From Azolla caroliniana (Eukaryota > Plantae > Polypodiophyta), in contig JBHGNT010001106.1 of NCBI GenBank assembly GCA_043228905.1, forward strand, positions 1 to 12,027: a stretch of 12,027 nt of DNA, written 5' to 3'. Positions 1 to 8,782 of the stretch are shown here, in pieces. The first letter of the stretch is position 1. Each line of letters starts with the position of its first letter. The position numbers were made by a program, and so were the translations under genes. The notes beneath the pieces were generated by a model. It was not told where the DNA came from. It worked only from the letters and a program-made list of their open reading frames with translations, and made no database searches.

Positions 1-134
1 AAACCGATACCAGATGGGTTGTTTTGGTACCTGGGTGGATGCTGTGCCCAAAGACCCAGCCTTGCTAGTTCCATTACTTCCACCCGTGTCTTTGGAGTAG
101 GAGGCAGCCGGAGGATCCATGGGCAGAGATATAC
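1..134 (-). CDS. Coding exon 2 (partial, runs off window) of an unidentified protein
   Basis: Minus-strand acceptor ttgacatgtgttgTAG|G at 135-136. Only the phase-1 frame is open to the window edge: (G)ISLPMDPPAASYSKDTGEVMELASWVFGHSIHPGTKTTHLVSV. The other two frames hit stops. The phase matches the upstream exon 1819-1750. Family not recognised. Confidence 0.6.
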
Positions 135-351
135 CTACAACACATGTCAATAATCAAACACAAAGCTTAGAAACCCTATGATGATGCATCAGAAACAAGA
201 CATAGTAATAAACAAACACAGGAATGGTGTTCTTGATACTCGAAGAAAACACACACAGGTGCATGTTTCATCTCATAGGCCAGATTTAGGTGAACACATG
301 TGCATGTTTCAAGCAAAAGATCTCTCTTTCTCTACATCCACATGTGAACAC

Positions 352-1070
352 AAATAGTGTCCACTAGTCATGATGTTCTGACGGATGATACGTAACAAAG
401 CCTCCATCCTGCACAAGAACATCTGAGCTAAATTGGCCACACCCTCCATTATGGCAGAAGCATGGTTCTCACCATGAACCTCATCAACTACATAGAAACC
501 ATGCCACCTTAAAGAATTTGAAGCATGAAAGGAAACGACATCTGAAACATCAAAGGAAATGGCAGCAACGTGGCTCAACAACAATGGTAGAACTTGCTAC
601 TTGTTCACTGCTCCACACACCACCAAGATGATGAAAAGAAAGACATATGGAAACGTTATACCCAAAGGACAATCACATCAAGAACCCTCCAACCATAACA
701 ATGGCTTATTATAAAGATCATTTCATAACCTTTGCAAATTATTATTCATACAGAGGCTGAGGTACATGGAAGTTTACATGGGGACCCATAGAGCTTGTAA
801 AGTAATAGGGAAACTCAGAGTATATCAAAGTAAGATGCACAGTTCACATACTTAGGTCTGTCAGTCTTTGCAAGTTATGCGAATGAGAGGTCGAGAACAC
901 AAAACATTTTGTATGAAGATGCCCAATCTACAAGGACATTGGAACGAAGTATCCTGCACTCTTCACCAAGTACACCATCCTCCGACAGATGATGGAGAAG
1001 GTCTCACTTTTGCCAAGCCTTGCTCAATTGGCAGAAGCATATGGAATCACCTCTAATGTTAGCACATGAG
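352..1070 (+). mobile_element. Degenerate non-LTR retrotransposon ORF2 C-terminus (RTE/RTEX-like LINE)
   Basis: Manual translation across stops and frameshifts gives CPLVMMF*RMIRNKASILHKNI*AKLATPSIMAEAWF ... KDIWKRY ... MAYYKDHF ... FIQRLRYMEVYM ... IGKLRV ... LCKLCE*EVENTKHFV*RCPIYKDIGTKYPALF (Cys/His motif 869-922). This matches the post-RT CxLC..VE..HF..RCPxY zinc motif of such LINEs (recognised from memory, not searched). Confidence 0.75.
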
Positions 1071-1674
1071 ATACATAGGAAATTACTCATCCTCGACTTT
1101 TCCTTAGGCCCACACCTCCACTGACAAGGTCTCAATGTCGCCATGGAGCAAGCAAGGCACATGGGTGAGTACCAGAATACATTATACATGGGCCATATCA
1201 GAAACAGATCATTTTTCACCATGTACAAGATAGCAACCGATGTACTTCTTCGTCACCTTGCTCCACCATACAAATTAATATCAGGTACAATGTTCACTCG
1301 TCACTACTCATCGCCTACATAGTAGTTGCACTTCATGCTTGTAACTATGCCAAGCATAATTACCAGGTGTAAAGACACTTCATGCATTAAGATCATTGAC
1401 ATGGACCTTTAGGAAACCTAGGACTTTTATTCTTTTACTGTACAGATGACCTGATTCATGAAATCCACTCAAATTTGGAATCTTCATTTATCCCTACTTT
1501 ACCTACTCGTATCCTTAGATTCGTTTCACATCGTATCCCTTTTGTCCCACGGATAACACAAATAGGTCGATTTCTGCCTCTAAGAGAGGTTAAATACCAT
1601 TTCTTTCTCTCTTTTATTGTAAAATAGTATTTTGTTAAATTACAAAGATGCAAAATTACAAGGTCACACAGCAT

Positions 1675-1723
1675 ATCTCTCTCTCTTTCTCTCTTTCTCC
1701 ACACACACACACACACACACACA
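1675..1723. repeat. Compound microsatellite: imperfect (CT)n followed by (CA)12
   Basis: Directly visible, just inside the intron donor. Confidence 0.95.
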
Positions 1724-1749
1724 GATATAGAGAGAAGTGGTTTACTTAC

Positions 1750-1819
1750 CAGGAAGAGATCTTTGGCTCTTCTTGGGTCTGTGGAGCAGAACCTTTGGCT
1801 GTTGCCTTGACTCGCTCAT
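1750..1819 (-). CDS. Coding exon 1 of the unidentified protein (MSESRQQPKVLLHRPKKSQRSLP+G)
   Basis: gcaATGA at 1819, then 23 codons plus 1 nt and a consensus donor GTAAGT. Preceded by a (TCC)n pyrimidine-rich leader. Splices in frame to the exon at 134. Confidence 0.6.
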
Positions 1820-1889
1820 TGCGTTTGGAAACAGAGACAACAAAGGAGGAGGAGGAGGAGTTACACAATGGCATAATTCTTACTTGCAA

Positions 1890-2034
1890 CATACATACAT
1901 ACATACTTTCTTCTTCATGTAGTTTAGTAGTGTATGCATGCAAGCATGTATGTATGTATGTATGTATGTATGTATGTATGTATTTGTGTGTGACATGTGT
2001 ATATGTATGTATGTACGTATGTATGTATGTATGT
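1890..2034. repeat. (CATA)4 tract followed by opposite-orientation (TATG)n tracts
   Basis: catacatacatacatac at 1890-1906; atgt repeats at 1946-1983 and 2003-2034. Confidence 0.95.
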
Positions 2035-2214
2035 TTACTCTAAACCAAGTGAGTGTGTGGAGAAATGTTTAACAAAAGCAAGCAAACGAGCCACTTCTTT
2101 CCTTTTTTACATACGCTGCGACCCGCAAGAGTATGTTGCCCCATTGAACGACCCGACTAGTAGTGTGTTCCCCTCATGTCGTGAAGCTTCGGCAATGCAA
2201 GCAAGATTGATGAA

Positions 2215-2328
2215 CATGCTCCTATGATGAAGGATTAGTAAAAGAGAGTAAAGGCATGCTCCTCTAATAAAGGTCTAGTAAGCGAGAGTAAGATTCATTT
2301 CTATAATGAAAGTTTAGCGAGAGAGATA
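2215..2328. repeat. Degenerate tandem repeat, three units of about 40 bp
   Basis: catgctcctatgatgaaggattagtaaaagagagtaaagg (2215-2254) / catgctcctctaataaaggtctagtaagcgagagtaagatt (2255-2295) / catttctataatgaaagtttagcgagagagata (2296-2328). Confidence 0.8.
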
Positions 2329-2338
2329 GATAGAAGAA

Positions 2339-2802
2339 TGGAAATTACATAACTCTGGTCATGGATGGTGGCAAATCTTAAAATGTAGTTGGCATTCTAA
2401 ATTGCCACTTGTAGCAAAGGTCTTCATTTGGAGAGTTTTGATTGAGGGTTTGCCTTTGGGAGTAGCTCTAAAATGACGTAGACTAGCAACGGGCAATTGT
2501 TTCTTTTGTACTGTTCAAATGCAAGATGGTACTCATCATTTCATGCAATGTCTGATTGCTTGTCAGATTTGGAGTTACATTTCTCAAATCTAACAAGTTT
2601 TATCACAGTGTGATTTGATACCTAGATAATGGGTGTTTGCACAATTCACACAGGTTGACCCAAAATCAGAGATGGAGATTGTTTTCCTATTTCTTAGGTA
2701 TTGGGGATTGATCATAATTGGGATATGTGTGATGCTTTTGTATTTGATGGTAGGCGTGAAGTCAAAGCATATGTACGAAAGTTAAAGGGAGTACTATATT
2801 AG
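2339..2802 (+). mobile_element. Degenerate L1-type LINE ORF2 C-terminus (zf-RVT domain)
   Basis: Frame from 2390: WHSKLPLVAKVFIWRVLIEGLPLGVALK*RRLATGNCFFCTVQMQDGTHHFMQCLIACQIW..., then after a frameshift HNWDMCDAFVFDG. This is the W..P...F.W....LP...L..R...C.FC.....H.F..C..A..IW / IW..RN..VF pattern of zf-RVT. In-frame stops at 2474, 2591 and 2627. Confidence 0.85.
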
Positions 2803-2927
2803 AGCAAGTGGAAATTCTTTCCTCAGTGCAGTATTTGTCTTGCCTATTGGCAATTCAACATGTTCCACTACCCATGTAGTTAGTGGGTCACCATACTCCA
2901 TTGTGACACCCATTGTGAGAGAGAGAT

Positions 2928-2996
2928 GGATGTAGCTCAGTTGGTAAGGTTGCCCAATGGAGACCAGGTGGTCATGGGTTCAACCGCTACATTCCG
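2928..2996 (+). pseudogene. tRNA-derived (SINE-head-like) module, not a functional tRNA
   Basis: A box TAGCTCAGTTGG (2933-2944), B box GGTTCAACCGC (2977-2987), and acceptor-like pairing GGATGT/ACATTCC. No convincing anticodon arm. Confidence 0.7.
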
Positions 2997-3044
2997 CAGT
3001 GGCATCTAGTGAAATAGAGATATATATGAAGTATATAATATAGA

Positions 3045-3138
3045 GGTGAGGAAATTGGGTTTCGAACCCAAGACACAGTGCTTGTAGTGTTATCGACTTA
3101 CCATTGTAGTGTTATCGACTTATCACTAGGGTAAGCTA
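3045..3138 (-). pseudogene. Second tRNA-like module on the opposite strand
   Basis: Minus strand has B box GGGTTCGAAACC (also in copy B at about 8547-8558, plus strand) and an upstream degenerate A-box-like TACCCTAGTGATAAG / TACCCTGGTGGCAAG. Confidence 0.55.
3082..3125. repeat. 22-bp tandem duplication inside copy A
   Basis: ttgtagtgttatcgacttacca / ttgtagtgttatcgacttatca (21/22). Confidence 0.95.
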
Positions 3139-5163
3139 TACATGCACTTGCGCTTTGGAAAGTGTGTATAAGAATGTTGCTCAAGATTGGTATTCACATG
3201 ATCTCATCTATTCTGTTGCCAAAAGGCCAACGCCATACTATAGGCATTGAGCCGCAACCACAATCCATTGTTACCATGTTCTTCTTGCAAGCTCCCTGAG
3301 AAATTGGGGGATATGTTTAATGTTCTAATTTCCCTCTTTCATGCTATTTCAACTCCTTGAGATCAATTATAACATGAGTGAGCATTGGTTGGTACTATTG
3401 CATCCCATGTTCCTATAAAATACGTTTCAACGACATCATATAAAAAATATTGTGATTGGAAATGTTTGAGACGTACTCAACATGTAACTTGGTATGTTTT
3501 AAAAAGTTAAATAAGGGGTTAGTGCACTCCATGAGAACCAAGAAGATACGAACCATTAATTCTATATGGGAAGAAATAAGTAGTGGTTTGTCTTGTAGGT
3601 GATATTTGATCTAGATTCTAGAGTTTAAATCACCCCACACACCAAGATTTGTTTATGGATCTGGAAAATTTTGGCTTCTTCAAAACTTAAATGGATAGCA
3701 TTGAAATATCAGTTCCCACACTATATCAAGGTATTTTTTTCAGTCTAAGGTTTAAATGCTATTTACAAAATCTTCCTAATGAGGTTTCTCTCATTCTTTT
3801 ATGCCCTTGACATCATTGTTGTTCATATACAATCTTCAATACGTTTTCTCGATTCCTTTTTAGCCTTTCTTGTTTCCTTGTTCGTAGTCCTCTCATATTG
3901 TATTCCTCATTTCTGTTCAAACAATTGATCTTTAGACCTTCTATACCTTTGACAAAATTGGCCGGCTTTAAAATATTGCATAAATATGACTATTCCACAA
4001 AGTTCAATCCCAAAATGCCTTTGAGATCCTTTGATATTTAATTTCGAAATCTTCATTTAAAATTGCATCTTATAAACGAAAGTTCTAGAAATTGATCATT
4101 TTGAAATGAAGCCATATACGAAAGGAAGGCCTTGGATTAATATGAATGGTATCACTCTTCTTGCTATAAAGGCCAAAGGCTTCCAATGTAAGACTCTCTA
4201 TATTGAGCATTTTTGGATTTCCTTTGGCTCATTGGCACTTCATTCCTAGCTCACTGCTCTAAGGTTTTCCGTTGGATTTGAAAAGGTTAAGGGTGGATTG
4301 CAGTGCATATCCTGCAATGTTGGTTGTAGACATTCCTTTGCACTGAAAAAAGAATGTGTCTTTTCATTTTGATAAACTGATTATGTAGAGGAGGAAATGC
4401 CTTAAAAAGTGATGGCGACTTATAAATTGGCTCAATGGCAACACATATTTTGACCTTTATTTTGTCTTTATCCTACTTGACATGGTCTCTCATTTATACA
4501 ACGACCCCAAGTAGATATCTTAGTATTTTCAATCGACTACTCTTGATTGGTTGATCTTTAAGGATAGTTTTCTCTTGGCAACTCATTGTCTTGTAGCTAC
4601 TCATTTGACTCTTGTTGGTGGATTGTTTGAGAATTGTTACTCTCAGCTAGACATTATTACTGAGATAAAATTGATTCCCTTTTTTATTTTTTTTAGTACT
4701 AAAAGTTTCATGGCTTCTTTTTCCTACTTAAACATGTTCAAGGTTTGGCTATTCAAATCTATTAAGCCTTGGTGTTATCCTGTTGCTATAAATATTTGCA
4801 ACAAAAGTTCCATGTATGTGTATGTATGCTATTTCTTTTCTTTTCATTTTGCGATAACAAATTTAAAGCTCTCAGGTTTTGCATCTCTGACAATTCATGT
4901 GATTTCTAACAGGTATTTTTCAGTTCTTGAGAGATTTGTTTGGAAGCTATTTTGGTCCGATTCAATTCCGTATCCCAGATCACTGGTTTGTTCTCAATTC
5001 AATTTGTTCTAAAATCAATCAAACAAATTGGGATGCTCTACGAATGCAAAAATGTGTCCCGACTTGAGTGATTTTAGAGTTCTTAAGCTTCTGCAGATCA
5101 AATTAGCATGCTTTATTACTGCACATGTAAAGTCGTCCTGGGTTTTTTTTATTGGCTTTTAAC

Positions 5164-5356
5164 CTGTATAGAGCCAGAGAAAATAATCAAAAATATTACA
5201 AAGCTATAGTTTTAAGCAAACAAATTTAAATTCACGATTAAAAGAACACGAAAGTGCACCAACTTACCAACACCGTTTTTTAATAAAGTTCTGCAGGAAA
5301 AAAACCAAGCGACTCTTGACTGTAAAACGAAGTCACGAATCACTGTACTTAAAGTC
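5164..5356 (-). other. Putative non-coding exon (5356-5268) and 104-nt intron (5267-5164)
   Basis: Acceptor tttgtttctttttCAG| at 5357, alternative acceptor tttttttcctgCAG| at 5291, donor TTG|GTAAGT at 5267, U-rich intron and acceptor ttttctctggctctataCAG|G at 5164. Confidence 0.45.
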
Positions 5357-6502
5357 CTGAAAAAGAAACAAATATTTATCAAATAAACACTTATTGAGTT
5401 GAAATAAAATAACATAAATTAACCAGAAGAACATGCAGTAATGAACACAGAAACCATGTATACCACAATGAACAGGTAGGGGTCGACATACAATCAACAC
5501 TAAAACAAGTGGACGCACAGTTCAGACAGTAAAACATATTCTAGACTTTGATATGAAAGAAAAATATGACAACAATTCAAGCTCAAGTTGTGACGAGAAA
5601 TACATTCGGAATGACCACAACACTTGAAATACTCAGTCCTTGACGTTGGGAGGACAACATGACTAATTATGACAATACAATTGGAAAAACATTCTCGGGA
5701 TTTGATAAACAGCAAAACAGAATGATACTGACAATAAGAATCACAGTAGGAAACTCAAGAATTTCTACCTACAATGAAACAAAAGTCATGATCACCATAC
5801 ATTACAAGAATTCTGAGAAACGCATAAATGTTCACAAAACTGTTAAAAAGAATCACGATGCATGCCAGTAATAATTCGGCACACCACATCACATTAGACT
5901 TGCATATAATCACAGATTATCACATTAAATAACAAACAAGTGTTTGCACTATACTATATCGCAGTCATCAGATATGGTGAAAAACCTTTTGTGTTTATAC
6001 ATCACATTAGTTTTGCATTACACCATGTCACCATGTTTAGATATTGACCATGAGCCACTTCGAAACACTTACTACAATCCAAACAACAATAAGTTTAACA
6101 TTGAAGAGACAGAGATGATATTTACATTACTTACATTTTATATAGCATTTAATATCTAGACTAACTGCATGTTCCAACTCTCGATGAGTAGCAAGACGGA
6201 TGATTCAATATTTTGCATGTGAATACAGTTCTTTTGCATCACTTCTTTTCCTTGCGCTTGTCCTTTCAATGACGAATGACGATTTATCCACTTCACACAT
6301 TTTTATAAGTCTTTATGCACATTCATTTTCTTCGCAATATCATTATTTTCTCAACCAGACAATGGATCCGCACGTTCTCTCAAGTATTGACCATACTCAA
6401 AAGATTCATCTTCTCCATACCTATTCCATCAAGTAAATGGAAAAAACTACTCTACATAAATGGTTCTTTGAAACATCGAATGTGTCCACATCATATATAC
6501 AA

Positions 6503-6850
6503 TTAAGCTGCCTGTTGAATTCTTCTGTGTAAGGAATCACTATTTGATGACGACGAAGAAAAGTCATTATGCTTATGAACAGTACTGCATCGATGCAAGC
6601 GACACCTGAATGAGCCAGGATGATTTGTAGGAGAACATAAACAAACCTTGGATGAACAAACAGAAGAACCGTAAGATTGTGGAATCAATATTTTTTCATC
6701 TGTTGTTATACAGTAGAATGTTGGTTCTGCGGCGAATGTGATGTGTCTTCCTGGAAGCTTTGGCTTCTTTGACGAAGCCATAGCCGATTTCTTTGGCTTA
6801 TCAAATCTTTCGGGATTAGACATCATGGATACTATGTCGGAAGTTGTCAT
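6503..6850 (-). CDS. Plant serine-rich protein-related small protein (115 aa, CxCSPTxHPGSFRCxLH motif)
   Basis: Intact ORF with ACCATGA start 12 nt after a strong acceptor (tttctcaCAG at 6863). Contains CLCSPTNHPGSFRCRLHR (6643-6590), the hallmark of the plant family annotated 'serine-rich protein-related', and a poly-Ser tail. Confidence 0.9.
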   Translation of the reverse strand: MTTSDIVSMMSNPERFDKPKKSAMASSKKPKLPGRHITFAAEPTFYCITTDEKILIPQSYGSSVCSSKVCLCSPTNHPGSFRCRLHRCSTVHKHNDFSSSSSNSDSLHRRIQQAA

Positions 6851-7830
6851 GGTAGGTTTATTCTGTGAGAAATCATAAAAAATTATGTAAGGTAACTGGT
6901 GAGAAGGTTGTTTCTAAATGGTAACACAAATCCAACAGAAACAATAGATATTGCTCAAAATATATCAAGGCAATAAGGCAAGTGTTGTAAAACATGCTGA
7001 GCTGAGAGGGTAGGGAGAAAATCAACGCAACCAAAAATTAGACACGTCCATCAGTAAATTTCATGTTACAATGTGTGGAAGAATAAGGATAAGTAGAGTT
7101 CAAACGATCAGATAGTGAAGCATCAATCATCTAACAGGTCAAAACTTTGAAACAAAATAGAAAAATGAAACATTTACCAGTTGAAAGTATGTATGCAAAA
7201 TAAATAGTGACACATCAAATATACACAAGAAGGAGAAGTTTCAAAACAGCTTATGTATATAGAACAACGCACAGGATAAGCGATTGCAACCATTGATCAA
7301 AAGATATAAATCTTCGGACAACGCGAAGAAAAGTGGACTGAGCAGGGTAAAAATCGTGAAGTATACTTGCTTACCTTCGAAAAGCGGACGGTAGAAAAGC
7401 GATCGGTGCAGACGACGAAAAGAATTGAGATCTGCTGAGAGTACGGATCACAATCGGTGAGTATCGATCGGCAATTAGGAAAGAGAAGAGAACGGCTAAA
7501 GCCAAAGAGGGAAGAAGAAGAAAAAGAGGATGATGATGAGAAAGAAGAAAACTAAGGAGGTGGGGGGGGGGGATGAAGATGAAGATGAAGAAGGATGGCG
7601 ATGGCGATGATGGTGATGATAGACAAAACTAGATTACTTCTGCAGGCCGACGACGAATCTTTCCGTGCGAGAGGCGTGGCGAGGAGCAGCGATGGGGACT
7701 GAACAAGGAAGAGAAGGAGAGAGCGGTAAGATCAAAAGAAGAAGACAGACAAAAGGAAGGAAGGAAGGAAGGAAGGAAGGAGGAGACAGGGAGGTAAGTA
7801 GGCTATGGCGGAGGATGAGAGGCAAAGCGA
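6851..7830 (-). other. Spliced 5' UTR of the serine-rich gene
   Basis: CT-rich exon about 7830-7638 including (TTCC)n. Possible intron 7637-7435 (AA|GTAATC ... tctCAG|CAG). Exon 7434-7375, intron 7374-6863 (AAG|GTAAGC ... tttctcaCAG), exon from 6862. No upstream ATG in the spliced leader. The first intron is less certain than the second. Confidence 0.65.
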
Positions 7831-7853
7831 ACTGTACTGTGGTTGAAGCCACG

Positions 7854-7862
7854 CTTTTATAG
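7854..7862 (-). promoter_or_regulatory. TATA box
   Basis: CTATAAAAG on the minus strand about 30 nt upstream of the pyrimidine-rich leader. Confidence 0.8.
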
Positions 7863-7874
7863 GCAAGAAGAACG

Positions 7875-7939
7875 GAGAAGATGACGGAAAACCGGAGAGA
7901 AGATGACGGGAAACCGGGCCTCGGGTTTTGACGACGCGG
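7875..7939. promoter_or_regulatory. 22-bp direct repeat with TGACG motifs, third TGACG and CGCG box
   Basis: gagaagaTGACGgaaaaccgga (7875-7896) / gagaagaTGACGggaaaccggg (7897-7918), 20/22. TGACG at 7929-7933 and ACGCGG at 7934-7939. Confidence 0.55.
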
Positions 7940-8278
7940 TTTTGCTTGCTTGGCTTTTGGAGACCGGTTTTTTTTTTTCTCGCCAAAAAAGAAAAGAAAA
8001 AAAATAAAACCAGGACACCCGGCAAAGTGGTTTTTGTCTTCTTCCAAAAAAAAAAAGTCTTCTTCATCTCCGCAAATCTTGGCGGGACTCGCGAGCGGTT
8101 TTTATGTATCTTCGTCTCCATCCCATCCCCAAAAGGAAAAAATAAAAACAAAAGAAAAACACACACAAAAAAGGATAAATAAATAATGAAGCAATTCAAT
8201 TTCATCACTTTAACTCATTTAAAATTAAAATCCCAATTTTTAAAGTCTATTTTTTTATTTATTGGCGCGCGATGAGAT

Positions 8279-8284
8279 CACGTG
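8279..8284. promoter_or_regulatory. G-box CACGTG in a GC-rich island upstream of the gene
   Basis: Motif match only, about 420 bp upstream of the TATA box. Confidence 0.3.
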
Positions 8285-8591
8285 CACGCCCACGCCCCCT
8301 CGTGGGAGACAACCCCCCCCCCCCCTCCCACACACACACAAAACAAAACAAAAAATTTACCACTATTAATGTTTTCCTAAATTAAACTTTTGACCCCCTC
8401 CTTTCCCCAAATCACATGACCTGTCCCTTGCTTTCGCTTAAATTACCAAAATACCCCTCCTTTCATCTCTCCTTTTTTTTTTTAAATTTGTATTTAGCTT
8501 TTTACCCTGGTGGCAAGTTGTTGTTACCCAACAAGCCTTACGTCTTGGGTTCGAAACCTGACTTTCTCACCTCTTTATTATCGTACATATC

Positions 8592-8675
8592 TCTTAATTC
8601 ACTAGATGCCAATATGAAATGTAGGGGTTGAAGTCTTAATTCACTAGATGCCACTATGAAATGTAGGGGTTGAAC
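8592..8675. repeat. 42-bp tandem duplication inside copy B
   Basis: tcttaattcactagatgccaatatgaaatgtaggggttgaag / tcttaattcactagatgccactatgaaatgtaggggttgaac (40/42). Confidence 0.95.
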
Positions 8676-8782
8676 CCAATACCTCCTAGTCTCCATTAGG
8701 CAACCTTAACTCTGCCTCTCTCTCTCTCTCTCTTTTTTTGGTGAAAACACACAATTATATGTGTGTGAGAAACACTACTTAC

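Larger units (their letters stand above)
135..1749 (-). other. Intron (1615 nt, GT-AG, phase 1) containing a LINE remnant and microsatellites
   Basis: Consensus donor CTG|GTAAGT at 1749 and acceptor TGTAG| at 135. Flanking exon phases are compatible. Confidence 0.55.
2864..3141 (+). mobile_element. Unclassified non-autonomous repeat, copy A (45-bp conserved end, (GA)n, two convergent tRNA-like modules)
   Basis: Reverse-complement homology to 8490-9251: 2864-2908 equals revcomp of 9207-9251 (45/45), and the core aligns at 60/69. Confidence 0.85.

Noticed and set aside
1456-2227. ORFs over microsatellites (VCMY, HT, CV repeats)
   Set aside because: Open only because of simple repeats. The plausible exon is in a different frame.
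2215-2328. CRISPR-like array
   Set aside because: Plain tandem units without unique spacers, in a eukaryotic context.
2928-2996. Functional tRNA gene
   Set aside because: No anticodon stem, degenerate T stem, and part of a repeated composite element.
2858-3144. ACATG as a 5-bp TSD of copy A
   Set aside because: Short, and homology with copy B appears to run into the right-hand ACATG. Not reliable.
3575-3640. Third degenerate tRNA/SINE-like head (tagtggtt...gagtttaaatc)
   Set aside because: Boxes are too degenerate and there is no second copy.
3750-4550. Possible further LINE post-RT remnant (KGRPWINMNGITL)
   Set aside because: Only a faint resemblance with many stops. Needs BLASTx.
4551-5012. 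153-aa ORF
   Set aside because: Non-ATG start, F/L/I-rich translation of T-rich DNA, and no motif.
7634-8208. Several overlapping ORFs of 65-158 aa
   Set aside because: They translate promoter, homopolymer and CT-rich UTR sequence and have low-complexity F/K/L composition.
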